A DNA stretch of 62,297 nucleotides, from the IMG/VR virus record IMGVR_UViG_3300037493_001386, positions 1 through 62,297 of that record; one strand, 5' to 3'. The translations under genes were made by a program, and so were the position numbers. Numbering within the stretch: the first letter of the stretch is position 1; every line of letters starts with the position of its first letter. The notes beneath the pieces were generated by a model. The model was not told where the DNA came from. It was given only the letters and a program-made list of their open reading frames with translations, and did no database searches. Positions 44,684-55,085 of the stretch are shown here, piece by piece. This stretch comes from a virus (Duplodnaviria > Caudoviricetes).

Positions 44684-44878
44684 ATGACAACTCAAGAATT
44701 TAAAGCAATCGCAACAGAAAAATTCAACACTATCTCTACTAACGATTTAATTGCTGAATCTAAAAAACTTATGTTTGATATTTCAGATGCATCTGATTTA
44801 GTTTTAGAAGTTATAACTGATATTCTTTTTGAAAGAATGCCTGAATCAGAATTTATCGAATTCTCAAAATCACTTTAA
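44684..44878 (+). CDS. Hypothetical protein (B only)
   Basis: Likely start ATG 44684 after the promoter. Confidence 0.6.
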   Translation: MTTQEFKAIATEKFNTISTNDLIAESKKLMFDISDASDLVLEVITDILFERMPESEFIEFSKSL

Positions 44879-44932
44879 TTAATCAAGGGTGGCTAACAAC
44901 CACCCATTCACTTACTCAATAAATCAAACACC

Positions 44933-45118
44933 ATGACACAAGCAACTATTAGAATATTCGGAAACATGATATACTTAGACTTTTTTAATTCATCTGAGGT
45001 ATATTCAATTAAAGGATTTGATACATTAAGAAAGGCTAAAAACTATGCACGAAAATTCAATATTACATTAGTTGATAAGATGCCAAATAAAATAAAAGAG
45101 TTCGAGTATAATGACTAA
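44933..45118 (+). CDS. Hypothetical protein (B only)
   Basis: 61-aa ORF after a GGGTGG/CCACCC hairpin. Confidence 0.6.
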   Translation: MTQATIRIFGNMIYLDFFNSSEVYSIKGFDTLRKAKNYARKFNITLVDKMPNKIKEFEYND

Positions 45119-46487
45119 CCCACAACAAGCACTCATAGGTATTCTAATGACTGGTGAAACACATCAGGAACTTATACCACAACTTGGTGAGCATCTCTTC
45201 AATGAGGTGCTTACCAATAGATGTTATGCAGTAATCAAGAAAACTATTGACAAAGGACTTACTCCTAACATCGTCAACTTTTTTATGACTGCTAAAGACA
45301 TTGATAAGTTCACACCTAAAGAAACATCTGAGATTATTACATGGTCAAACAACTTGACCTACAATGAGCCAGTTAATGAATACATAGCTATACTTAAAGA
45401 TAATCACATAAAGAGGTCAATAGCATCAATTGTAACTGAGCAGTCATTAGGTCTTATCAATAACGATGGTTACACAACTGCCACATCAATAATCAAATCA
45501 CTTACCAACCTACTTGATACTGGTACTAACTCAGATAACATCATTGACCTTTCTGAATTAACCAATGATGAACGTGAGGCATACTATCGTAGAGCAGCCT
45601 TGACACTATCAGGTAAGACTACTGGACTTGAGACTGGTCTTAAATCACTCAATAAGTTTACTGGTGGTTTCCATCCTGAGTTTATTATCATAGCTGGTAG
45701 ACCATCAATGGGTAAAACTGCATTAGCATTATTTCATGGTATGAAATGTGGTGAGGCTGGTATCTACTTTAACCTTGAGATGAATAAGAGTCAACTTTGT
45801 CAAAGGTTAATACTTCAAGATGCTGGTGACTCAATCCACTCTTCAAGGTTACGTGATGGAAACCTTAGTCAATCTGAGTTACATTCATTTGAGCAGACCA
45901 TTGGCAGCATTGAGAAAGCACCATTTCTAATCTATGATAAGGCAAGATGTGGAGTGCATGAGGCAATTCGTGTAATGAAACGTGAACATCGTAAAGGAAG
46001 GTGTAAGTGGGCAATCATTGACTACTTACAACTAATGACAATAGAAGGCTTTAAAGGAGGTAATCGTGAAGCAGAGGTAGCTGAGATTAGTCGAACACTA
46101 AAAGCAGCACAGAAAGAACTTGGTATACCAATTATAGCACTTGCTCAACTTAGTCGTGAGGTGGAAAAACGACCTGATAAGAAACCTATCTTATCTGACC
46201 TAAGAGAATCGGGTTCATTAGAGCAAGATGCTGATAGTGTTGCTTTCGTATACAGACCATCATACTATGGATTGAATGATGAAGATGGTAATCCATATAC
46301 CAATCACATCTTCTATCTATTTGAGAAACATCGTCAAGGTGCTACTGGTGTGGTTGAGTTTAGGCATTCACCTAACATGACCAACTTTACAGATGTTACC
46401 ACTCACGAGATTGGTAGCAGTTACCTACCTCAACCACAAAAAGACCTAAGACATTATGCAGACCCTGACTATGATGTACCATTCTGA
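45111..46487 (+). CDS. dnaB: DnaB-like replicative helicase
   Basis: Same motifs as 7614. Confidence 0.95.
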   Translation: MTNPQQALIGILMTGETHQELIPQLGEHLFNEVLTNRCYAVIKKTIDKGLTPNIVNFFMTAKDIDKFTPKETSEIITWSNNLTYNEPVNEYIAILKDNHIKRSIASIVTEQSLGLINNDGYTTATSIIKSLTNLLDTGTNSDNIIDLSELTNDEREAYYRRAALTLSGKTTGLETGLKSLNKFTGGFHPEFIIIAGRPSMGKTALALFHGMKCGEAGIYFNLEMNKSQLCQRLILQDAGDSIHSSRLRDGNLSQSELHSFEQTIGSIEKAPFLIYDKARCGVHEAIRVMKREHRKGRCKWAIIDYLQLMTIEGFKGGNREAEVAEISRTLKAAQKELGIPIIALAQLSREVEKRPDKKPILSDLRESGSLEQDADSVAFVYRPSYYGLNDEDGNPYTNHIFYLFEKHRQGATGVVEFRHSPNMTNFTDVTTHEIGSSYLPQPQKDLRHYADPDYDVPF

Positions 46488-46716
46488 GTACACCAATTAC
46501 CTCAATAAACACCTTACTGAGCCGTTTGTAATGTTAGATGAAATGAATTTAAGCTATAATCAGTTTGAGGTGTTATACAATACATCTTACCCATTTAGAA
46601 AGATGTGGAAAATAGATGAATGTAATTTTAACTACTATGAGATTAGAGGTGGTAAATGCGAATTCGCTAAAGTATATCACGGCAAGATACATTGTAGTAA
46701 TAAGAATTGTAAATAG
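46456..46716 (+). CDS. Conserved hypothetical protein
   Basis: Homolog of 8959. Confidence 0.7.
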   Translation: MQTLTMMYHSEYTNYLNKHLTEPFVMLDEMNLSYNQFEVLYNTSYPFRKMWKIDECNFNYYEIRGGKCEFAKVYHGKIHCSNKNCK

Positions 46717-46766
46717 TTGTATTATAAAAATATTATAATAACTTTGTAGAAACAATAAATAAAACT

Positions 46767-47459
46767 ATGGAAAGTAATATTATAATGAAGAGTAAAGACA
46801 GAGAATTGTTTGGTATTGTTATCAAGCAAGAAACAAAAACGGGATTTTTATCTGTTAGTGAATTACAGAAAGCATACGAAGTTGCAAGATGGCAGCATGG
46901 TTGGAGTGAAAGACGTATTGACAATATAATGCAGACTAATGATTTTAAAGAACGAGTTTACTATCTATTACAAAATCAAGGTATTATAAAAACAAGTATT
47001 CTTGGATTTATGGAAATGGTAGAAAAGGAGGGTATAGCAAAAGTATTAAAAGGACTTGGAGTCTATAAAACAACTGGAGCAAGACAAAGTAAAGTGACAT
47101 TTGCTAACCCATACATTTGGATATTATTAGCAATGGAGTTAAATCCTATGATATATGCAGCAGTTGTTACTTGGTTGACTGATACTTTAATATTTGATAG
47201 GATAGAGGCTGGAGACGAATTTAGACCTATGAACAATGCCATTAAAAAAATCATTCCTAATCCTGACTATAAGAAATATGCCATCGCAATAAATGAAAGG
47301 GTATTTGGTAAACATCTAACTGGAATGAGAAATTTAGCATCAGCACAAGAACTAAGAAAAATAACTAAGATTGAGCAGTTTATTTCTCAAGGTATCAATA
47401 TGAATATGATTAAAGACGATACTCAAACAATGTATGCAATTGGTAATTTTGCTCTATAA
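46767..47459 (+). CDS. KilA-N-like DNA-binding protein (B only)
   Basis: IKQETKTGFLSVSEL...TFANPYIWILLAMELNP; own TAACTTTG promoter-like site. Confidence 0.7.
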   Translation: MESNIIMKSKDRELFGIVIKQETKTGFLSVSELQKAYEVARWQHGWSERRIDNIMQTNDFKERVYYLLQNQGIIKTSILGFMEMVEKEGIAKVLKGLGVYKTTGARQSKVTFANPYIWILLAMELNPMIYAAVVTWLTDTLIFDRIEAGDEFRPMNNAIKKIIPNPDYKKYAIAINERVFGKHLTGMRNLASAQELRKITKIEQFISQGINMNMIKDDTQTMYAIGNFAL

Positions 47460-47498
47460 AAGTACAACATAATCATATAATCACTATATTTGTTGACT

Positions 47499-47711
47499 AT
47501 GAAAGAACAAATCAAGAAAGATAACAGAGGTGGTAAGAGACTTGGTGCTGGTCACCCATTCAAATATGGTGAACGCACCATAAATATCACATTTAGAATA
47601 CCAACATCGCATAAGGAACTAATAAAGGTAATGGTCAAGCAATATCTTGATAAGGTTAGTTCTAACTATAAAGAATCTAAACCAACTAAATCTGAACACT
47701 ATGGCTGCTGA
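47499..47711 (+). CDS. Small DNA-binding protein
   Basis: Homolog of 9240. Confidence 0.7.
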   Translation: MKEQIKKDNRGGKRLGAGHPFKYGERTINITFRIPTSHKELIKVMVKQYLDKVSSNYKESKPTKSEHYGC

Positions 47712-47919
47712 ACAATCGGTTGTTGAATTAATCTTCGAGAATCACAATGAACTATCTAATGTTGACTTTACATCGTGGTTGATAAATAACTATGAAGAGT
47801 TAAAAGACCAACATAAGGTTGAGGTAATGGGTGCTTATGAAGTTGGTCAAGCAGATGCCTATGATAGTGGATTCTCAGAAGCTGGTGCATTAGCATTTTA
47901 TAAAGAATTTTATGGATAG
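47701..47919 (+). CDS. Conserved hypothetical protein
   Basis: Homolog of 9448. Confidence 0.75.
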   Translation: MAAEQSVVELIFENHNELSNVDFTSWLINNYEELKDQHKVEVMGAYEVGQADAYDSGFSEAGALAFYKEFYG

Positions 47920-48295
47920 TAACCTACTACTTATACCTTGTGCAATTGAATCAGTATCTACAAGAAGAGATAAAACTCTCAAGGTAGTGATAGGTACACA
48001 AGAACTTTCACCATCAAAGGCTGCTGAGTTATTCAATCAATGGACATCAGGTGTAGGTGTTATGGCATTCAAAGGTGAATCATTCAACTACAATGATGAA
48101 GAGTTACTAAAGTCAATCAAGATAGATGCTGAAGAGATGGGTTCTAAGACACCCAGTCAAAGGTTGAGGTCGTGCCTTTATGTTTTGTTTGAACGCAACC
48201 CTGAAGGATACAATGACTTCAATAGTTACTATTCAGCTATGATAGAAAAGTTTATAGAGATGGTCAAGAAACGAATTGACACCTACCAACTTTAA
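47912..48295 (+). CDS. Conserved hypothetical protein
   Basis: Homolog of 9971. Confidence 0.8.
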   Translation: MDSNLLLIPCAIESVSTRRDKTLKVVIGTQELSPSKAAELFNQWTSGVGVMAFKGESFNYNDEELLKSIKIDAEEMGSKTPSQRLRSCLYVLFERNPEGYNDFNSYYSAMIEKFIEMVKKRIDTYQL

Positions 48296-48300
48296 TACCT

Positions 48301-48687
48301 ATGAACAAGACTCACACAATAGAAGATGGTAGTGGTAATAGATTAATTGCCACACATAACGATGCAATCATTAACCTATCACTATTACTCACCGATGGTA
48401 AAAAGAGAGCCATAGGTCAAATTGATAAAGCTACAAGAACATTAAGACTAATCAGGTCAAGGTCTAAACATCTTATGAGAGTCAATAACTCTTATGGAAT
48501 CAACTACTACCTGATAGAGAATGGTAAGGCATTTGACAAAGTTCAGATAGTAGACGAACAAAATAGCTGGTTAGTATCTAAAGACTATCTTATAGAACAT
48601 TGCACAACGATGAACTTTAAGTCTCAAGGATTTGAACTACAGAAATTCATATCACTTGACAAACTAAATTCTTTCGTAAATTCGTAG
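48301..48687 (+). CDS. Hypothetical protein occupying the slot of the A IbrAB cassette
   Basis: 128-aa ORF between the conserved gene and TerS. Confidence 0.7.
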   Translation: MNKTHTIEDGSGNRLIATHNDAIINLSLLLTDGKKRAIGQIDKATRTLRLIRSRSKHLMRVNNSYGINYYLIENGKAFDKVQIVDEQNSWLVSKDYLIEHCTTMNFKSQGFELQKFISLDKLNSFVNS

Positions 48688-48688
48688 T

Positions 48689-49135
48689 ATGGAATCACAA
48701 GAAGAAGTTAACAAAGGTGGTAGACCAACTGAGTATAAAGAGATATTCAATGAACAAGTCTTTGAAATGGCTCTACTTGGTCTTTCAGATGTTCAGATGT
48801 CTAACATAATTGGAATATCAGAGGTGACATTTAATGCATGGAAACACAAACACCCTGAGTTTCTTAAGTCGTTAACGCAAGGGAAAGAGAATGCAGACGG
48901 CAAAGTAGCTAAGGCAATGTACAAACGTGCATTAGGTTTGACCATCATTGAAGAGGCATTGACTAAGGATGGGCAAATAGTACAACTAAGAAAAGAACTA
49001 CCACCTGATACACCAGCAGCTAAACATTGGTTAGCTAATCGTCAACGTAAGCTATGGGCAAACAATGGTGAAAGCACAATGTATACTACTGAGCCATTGA
49101 TTATCATAAGGACTGAGGGAGATAAAGATGAATGA
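48689..49135 (+). CDS. terS: Terminase small subunit (HTH type)
   Basis: GGRPTEY, HTH-like GLSDVQMS..IGISEVTF..W...HPEF, PPDT.AA..WL.NR; upstream of TerL. Confidence 0.85.
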   Translation: MESQEEVNKGGRPTEYKEIFNEQVFEMALLGLSDVQMSNIIGISEVTFNAWKHKHPEFLKSLTQGKENADGKVAKAMYKRALGLTIIEEALTKDGQIVQLRKELPPDTPAAKHWLANRQRKLWANNGESTMYTTEPLIIIRTEGDKDE

Positions 49136-50412
49136 GTTTCAAGTTAACCAAACGTCAAACAACTGCATACGACTTAGCAGTTAATGGAGTTAAGAAAGTA
49201 ATAGTATTTGGTGGCGCAATTAGAGGTGGTAAGACGTACTGGTTACTCTTAACCCTATCTTCACTTTGTTTACTCTATCCTAAGTCAAGATGGGTAATCA
49301 TTCGTAAGACATTACCTGACTTAAAGAGGACTACCTTTCCTTCATTCAGTTCAATTATCAATGATGGTTTGAGTGAATACATTAGTAGTTGGAATCGTGA
49401 GACCAATGTAGTTACATTTACTAATGGTAGTGTACTAATCTTCATGGCTGAATCCTTTGACGATGACAAAGACTTAAATAGGTTTAGAGGGTTAGAAATT
49501 AATGGTGCTGGGTTAGATGAGGTAAACGAACTACAAGAAGCAACCTTCTACAAGGTACAAGAAAGGATAGGTAGTTGGAATAAGGCTAATGGTCAACCAC
49601 CCATTGTACTACTTGCTACTTGCAACCCAGCTAACAACTGGGTCAAGTCAGTTATCTATGAAAGGTGGAGAAGTAATACATTACCTGATAAGTGGTCTTA
49701 CATCAATTCACGCATAACAGATAACCCATACATCAGTCAAGAATACCTTGAGTCACTTAAAGAACTACCACCAATTCAATATGCAAGATTTGTTGAAGGT
49801 GACTGGGATGTAATGGACGATGTCTCTAATCCATTCCTTTATGCTTGGGACGATGAAAGACACATAGACGATTCACTAAGTCTTAATCCTAACCTACCAG
49901 TATTTATCTCAGTCGATTTTAATATTAACCCATTATCAGCATTAATCATTCAGCAACACACCACTAAAGGTTGTTCAGTCATTGGTGAGATAAACATTGA
50001 TAAGGGTAGCATTGATGCTTTCTGTGATTATGTTGAGGGGTTGAATTTACCACGTGGTCTACTTAGAATAACTGGAGATGCAATGGGTAGTGGTAGAAGT
50101 ATTCAACAAAGAGATAATAGTTCAGCATATACCCAAATCAAAAGAAGGTTACACCTTGCAGACTCACAGATAATAATACCAGCTAACCCTACGCACTACA
50201 ATAGTCGTATTGATTGCAATAACGCATTAACACGACTTGAGATAAGAGTTAACTCAGTTAAGTGTAAAGGATTGGTCTACGATGCTAAACAAGTACAATG
50301 TAATGCTGATGGTGGTATAATCAAATCAAACAGAAAGAATTTATCTGAAAGAGCAGATTTCTTAGATTGTTTTCGTTATTTTGTAAATTCAATTTTAAAA
50401 AGATACCTATGA
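49132..50412 (+). CDS. terL: Terminase large subunit
   Basis: Homolog of 14285. Confidence 0.95.
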   Translation: MSFKLTKRQTTAYDLAVNGVKKVIVFGGAIRGGKTYWLLLTLSSLCLLYPKSRWVIIRKTLPDLKRTTFPSFSSIINDGLSEYISSWNRETNVVTFTNGSVLIFMAESFDDDKDLNRFRGLEINGAGLDEVNELQEATFYKVQERIGSWNKANGQPPIVLLATCNPANNWVKSVIYERWRSNTLPDKWSYINSRITDNPYISQEYLESLKELPPIQYARFVEGDWDVMDDVSNPFLYAWDDERHIDDSLSLNPNLPVFISVDFNINPLSALIIQQHTTKGCSVIGEINIDKGSIDAFCDYVEGLNLPRGLLRITGDAMGSGRSIQQRDNSSAYTQIKRRLHLADSQIIIPANPTHYNSRIDCNNALTRLEIRVNSVKCKGLVYDAKQVQCNADGGIIKSNRKNLSERADFLDCFRYFVNSILKRYL

Positions 50413-50753
50413 GCATTTGTTCACCTTGTTACGATTCGGGTAGTTATGTAGATGTATGTGCTACTGGTCTTACATTCGGGGTTGCTGAACCTGATACATC
50501 TTACCTTGTTTGTATTCAATACAAGGCTACTGGTCGCATTCAAACCTTTGTAGCAGTTAGTGATGAATTTGGTAACATTACTATTGAAGGAGTATTGATT
50601 GACCCACTACAAGGCTATACGTTGTGGATAACAACTGATACACCTAATGGAGTTCGTCAAGACTTGACCATAGGTGCTGACACCTATACTTGTATTGACT
50701 TTAGTATTGCGGTAAGTGATACTGAACCATCAATAGTTAATCTAACACTATGA
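50409..50753 (+). CDS. Conserved probable virion protein
   Basis: Homolog of 15556. Confidence 0.7.
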   Translation: MSICSPCYDSGSYVDVCATGLTFGVAEPDTSYLVCIQYKATGRIQTFVAVSDEFGNITIEGVLIDPLQGYTLWITTDTPNGVRQDLTIGADTYTCIDFSIAVSDTEPSIVNLTL

Positions 50754-50956
50754 GCAAACTATACGCTATAATCAAAGGGTGGTACTACTACCTTACTGCA
50801 AGTTCTAAGAATAAGAAACTAAGCAGCGAAAGAACTGCTATTTGTAATAACTGCCAACATAGGTATAAGAGATTGAATCTATGCAATGCTTGTGGATGTT
50901 TCCTACCAGCAAAGACACGTGTTGAAGATGCACAATGCCCACATCAATACTGGTGA
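50750..50956 (+). CDS. DUF6171-like zinc-binding protein
   Basis: Homolog of 15896. Confidence 0.75.
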   Translation: MSKLYAIIKGWYYYLTASSKNKKLSSERTAICNNCQHRYKRLNLCNACGCFLPAKTRVEDAQCPHQYW

Positions 50957-50959
50957 CCT

Positions 50960-51220
50960 ATGTCTAACTTTATTATCTTACAATCTACGTTAATCGAATA
51001 CAACAAGAACATTGAAGATGAAGAGTTACAAGAACTATCTGCAATTGACTTAGGTGACTGCAAGGTATTAGTTAATGTCAATGCTATTATGATGGTAGTA
51101 GAGAATCAAGGTACTACAATTTTAACCTTAACCAACTTAGATAGATTGGTTAGCAACAACACAATAGATGAAGTTATTCAGAAAATTAATGCCAGTCAAG
51201 TTATGGCATCGATTCAATAG
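50960..51220 (+). CDS. Hypothetical protein
   Basis: Positional and weak sequence homolog of 16105. Confidence 0.65.
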   Translation: MSNFIILQSTLIEYNKNIEDEELQELSAIDLGDCKVLVNVNAIMMVVENQGTTILTLTNLDRLVSNNTIDEVIQKINASQVMASIQ

Positions 51221-51818
51221 GTGGAATAAGAAGCAGACCAGTTACAACTTAGTCAAGGTTTTCACTCAAGATGGGTACAACTACCTTAGATTCCCGAAAG
51301 AAACCAATATGCCACTTGAAAGGTTCTCAATGTCTATGGCATTACTTGAGAGATTAAGTTCAGGTATTAGTGGTGCTGAAATGGAATTGATATTAGAAGC
51401 TATGGAGAAAGCATTGAGTGCTGGTCTATCAAATCCTAAGAATGCTGCATTGGTTGCTACCTACATTCATATCATACGTGAACGTCAAGATACCATCATA
51501 CATCGTGACCTACTACTTAACATTGCAGCTACTTGGATAATCAGAGATGATGAAGACCCTACCATCATAAACAATGATATACACAAAGAAAAGTTAGAAG
51601 TGTTTGAAAAGATGTGCAATGGAGGTGCGCATGATTTTTTTTCACGTTTGGGTATAGAGCCGCTAATACCCTTAATGTCTATGTCAGCAGAAGACTTTCA
51701 GAAATTATGGGAATACAACGTGGAAGCACAACGCAACCTAATCAAAGCATTGACCCACTTAGATTCTCACCACGACACAGAGCGAGTGAAACGACCAAGA
51801 GAATTAAAACTCAAGTAA
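51168..51818 (+). CDS. Tail assembly chaperone (G-like)
   Basis: Homolog of 16298; slippery site at 51635-51641. Confidence 0.75.
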   Translation: MKLFRKLMPVKLWHRFNRWNKKQTSYNLVKVFTQDGYNYLRFPKETNMPLERFSMSMALLERLSSGISGAEMELILEAMEKALSAGLSNPKNAALVATYIHIIRERQDTIIHRDLLLNIAATWIIRDDEDPTIINNDIHKEKLEVFEKMCNGGAHDFFSRLGIEPLIPLMSMSAEDFQKLWEYNVEAQRNLIKALTHLDSHHDTERVKRPRELKLK

Positions 51819-51928
51819 TGACAATAGTTGAGGGTGACGTGGTTGCATATAATCAACTCATGAGTAATGATGTTGACTTATTTTTAACTAAATTTGAGCA
51901 GTTCATTAAGACTCAACAACGTGGCTAA
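51635..51928 (+). CDS. -1 frameshift extension of the tail chaperone
   Basis: -1 frame opens right after a TGA at 51632-51634, i.e. at the T run. Confidence 0.8.
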   Translation, partial: FFFTFGYRAANTLNVYVSRRLSEIMGIQRGSTTQPNQSIDPLRFSPRHRASETTKRIKTQVMTIVEGDVVAYNQLMSNDVDLFLTKFEQFIKTQQRG

Positions 51929-54900
51929 AGTTATAATTGAATACGAAGCTCAAGCAGCATCACTCAAACAAGTAACAGATACTATTATCAATGCTAACAA
52001 GCAGATAGGAGATAGTGCTGAGTTAGCATCTAAGGAAGGCTCAGATGCTTATAAAGCTATGGGTAAGTCTATGAGTGCTGCCTTTAGTTCACAAGAAGTT
52101 AGCAAGGCAATCAATAGTAACATAGCTAACATCAACAAGAATCGTGATGCACTAACTAAGTTAACTGGTGAATCAATTAAGTTTGGTAAGGCTGCTGCTA
52201 CATTAGGTGGTCAAATCAAACAGAATGCAGCACAAGTATTACAAGCAAAGGAGGCATTATCTAAGTATCAATTAACATTAGCAGATACTGGTAAAGGAAC
52301 TGACACTACAGAAAAGAAAACACAATCACTCAAGGGTAGACTAAGAGAATTAAAAGAGGAACTATCAGCACTTGAGTCTGCTGGTCAAGAAGGTACACAA
52401 GCATTTGAAAAGTTATCTATTGAGGCTGGTAAGCTACAAGACCAAATAGGTGACACACAAGAAAGGGTTAAGGTACTTGCATCCGACACGTTTAAGTTCG
52501 ATGCAGCAGTTGGTGCGGTCAAAGGTCTTGCTGCTGGGTTTGCAATTGCACAAGGTGCTGCTGCATTATTTGGAACTGAATCTGAAGAACTTAATAAGAC
52601 CATTGCTAAGACTCAGGGTGCATTAGCATTACTAACTGGGTTGCAAGAAATAGCAACATTGGTAACTGGTCAAGGTGCTACTAAGATAAGTTTGCAGTCT
52701 ATCTTTATGAAAGAAAAGATAGTTGTAACAAATGCTGCTACTGGTTCAGTTACTGCATTAGCAACGGCAGAAGAGGGTGCTGCGGTTGCTACATTAGCAA
52801 CTAAGAAAAGTCTTGACTTGTTAAAGGTTGCAATAGCTGGTACTGGTATTGGTTTACTTGTGATAGCATTAGGTGCATTGTATTCTATCTATCAAAAAAA
52901 CTCAGAGGCATCTAAGAAGTTTAATGACTTGATGAAAGAATCTGAAGAGGCTAATAAGAATGCAACGGCTGCTATCAAAGAACAAAGAGCAGCACAAAGT
53001 GACCTTAATGACCAAATATTAGTTAGTTCAAAACAAATAAGTCAAGAAGAGGCTGATAGGAGAAAAACAAGAAGGGATGCATCAAAGGAGTTAGAAGCAC
53101 AACAAAAGCCACTATTTTTAAATCAAGCTAAACAAATCTCACAAGAAAAAGAATTAGCTAATAAGATTGAATTTAAGAAAGCACAAATTGATGCAGCATC
53201 TAAGTCATCAAGGGATAATGCTGCAATTAACTTATCAACTTATGTATCTGAATTAAAAAACTTAGAGACTCAAAGAGTTGCAACTAACAAAGCATTGAAT
53301 GATACTAAGGCAAGTATTAAAGATTTAAGAGCAGAATCAAATAAAACAACTGGTGGTAAAATTGAACTTATTGATGCTGCTGAAACACAAAGATTAAAAG
53401 ATGAGGCAAAAGCAGCAGCAGATAATGCAAAACAGATAAGTGACAAAGCAATACAAGATAGGATAACTGCTGAACTTAATGGTCTTAAATTGATTGGAAT
53501 CGTTAATGGTGAATCATTCAAGAATAAAGAAGACATCTTAAAGAAAGAGGCTGAACTTGAAAGAGCATCAGCAAAAGCCAGTATAACAAATAAAGCATTA
53601 AGAGCATCTACACTACTACTCATTGATGCTAAGTTAGCACAAGATACTGAGCAACTTAAACTTGATGAACAAAACAAACTTATCTCTAATGAAGTTAAGT
53701 TGATTGAGGCTAAGAAGATATCAGGCAAGGCAACAATAGAAGATGAAATCAAACAAGCAGAATTATCATTTAACATTGAAAAGAGTAACCTTGATGCAAA
53801 GATTAAATTAAATCAAGCATCTGCTGGTGACCTTGAAGTATTGACTGCTAATAATGTCAAGAAGATTCAAGATATTAGAAACAAGGGTATACAAGAAGAG
53901 TTAACACTAAGAGTTCAGGCATTTGAACTACAAAAGATGTTAGGTGTTACCACCCTCGAAGATGAACTATCATTGATACGTGCGAGGGCTGAAGCAGAAC
54001 TAAGTGCTAATGAACTATCAAATAGTACACTTGCAGTTAAAGAGGCTAATAGGTTAAGTATTATAGCTAAGACTGACAAACAGATTACAGATGCTAAGGT
54101 AGTTGAGGTCAACAAACGTATTGACCTTGACAATACTGAAGCACAAGCAGCGGTAACATTAGGTACATCAACATACGACCAGCGAGTTAAATTGATTCAA
54201 GATGAAGGTCAAAAGCAAATCAACTTACTTGATAAGAAACTATTAGCTGAAGAGGAATACAATGCAGCGGTGGTTAAGATTAATGCAGATACAACTGCTA
54301 AGTTGAATGTTGAACAACAAGCACGAGTTGATAAGGTATTTGAATATGGTAATGCTATTATTTCAGCATTTACTGCTTTAAATGAATTAAGTCAACAAGC
54401 AACTGAGCAAAGGGTAGCAGACATCACAACATCAAGTGAGGCTGAATTAAAAGCCATTAATGAATCAGTTGAATCAGAAGCTTATAAACAACGGCAAAGG
54501 GAGAACCTAGAAAAAAGAACTAATAGAAAAATTGCAGCTGAAAAAACAAAACAAGCAAATCAAGATAAGGCATTAGCAATATTTCAAATTGCACTCAATA
54601 CTGCATCATCTATTATTAAAACTGGAGCAGAGTTAGGTTATCCAGCAGCTATACCATTTCAAATAGTTGCTGGTATTGTAGGTGCTGCACAAATAGCAAT
54701 TGCATCCGCTAAAACACCACCAAAATTTGAACGTGGTGGTGAGATTGGAGGTCAAAGACATAGTCAAGGTGGTACTATGGTAGAAGCAGAGCAAGGTGAG
54801 TACATCGTAAACAGAAAGCAAACGTCCGCACATCGTAGAGAATTGAATGCATTAAATCAATCCTCTGATGCCTTTAAGAAACTAATTCAAGATAGGTATG

Positions 54901-55085
54901 TTAGACCAGCATTGATGAATTATATGTTAGGTTCTAAGTCTAAGGAGATGGGTGTAAATGTAAATGCTACATTAAATTCTAAAAGTATGGAGGCTGAATT
55001 GAAAGGATTAAGAAAGGACTTAAGACAAAGTAATAAATTCTATAATAACCAAATTGATACACGCTACCAATGGCATCAGAAATAA
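51921..55085 (+). CDS. Tape measure protein
   Basis: Homolog of 17051; GTG start at 51921. Confidence 0.9.
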   Translation: MAKVIIEYEAQAASLKQVTDTIINANKQIGDSAELASKEGSDAYKAMGKSMSAAFSSQEVSKAINSNIANINKNRDALTKLTGESIKFGKAAATLGGQIKQNAAQVLQAKEALSKYQLTLADTGKGTDTTEKKTQSLKGRLRELKEELSALESAGQEGTQAFEKLSIEAGKLQDQIGDTQERVKVLASDTFKFDAAVGAVKGLAAGFAIAQGAAALFGTESEELNKTIAKTQGALALLTGLQEIATLVTGQGATKISLQSIFMKEKIVVTNAATGSVTALATAEEGAAVATLATKKSLDLLKVAIAGTGIGLLVIALGALYSIYQKNSEASKKFNDLMKESEEANKNATAAIKEQRAAQSDLNDQILVSSKQISQEEADRRKTRRDASKELEAQQKPLFLNQAKQISQEKELANKIEFKKAQIDAASKSSRDNAAINLSTYVSELKNLETQRVATNKALNDTKASIKDLRAESNKTTGGKIELIDAAETQRLKDEAKAAADNAKQISDKAIQDRITAELNGLKLIGIVNGESFKNKEDILKKEAELERASAKASITNKALRASTLLLIDAKLAQDTEQLKLDEQNKLISNEVKLIEAKKISGKATIEDEIKQAELSFNIEKSNLDAKIKLNQASAGDLEVLTANNVKKIQDIRNKGIQEELTLRVQAFELQKMLGVTTLEDELSLIRARAEAELSANELSNSTLAVKEANRLSIIAKTDKQITDAKVVEVNKRIDLDNTEAQAAVTLGTSTYDQRVKLIQDEGQKQINLLDKKLLAEEEYNAAVVKINADTTAKLNVEQQARVDKVFEYGNAIISAFTALNELSQQATEQRVADITTSSEAELKAINESVESEAYKQRQRENLEKRTNRKIAAEKTKQANQDKALAIFQIALNTASSIIKTGAELGYPAAIPFQIVAGIVGAAQIAIASAKTPPKFERGGEIGGQRHSQGGTMVEAEQGEYIVNRKQTSAHRRELNALNQSSDAFKKLIQDRYVRPALMNYMLGSKSKEMGVNVNATLNSKSMEAELKGLRKDLRQSNKFYNNQIDTRYQWHQK

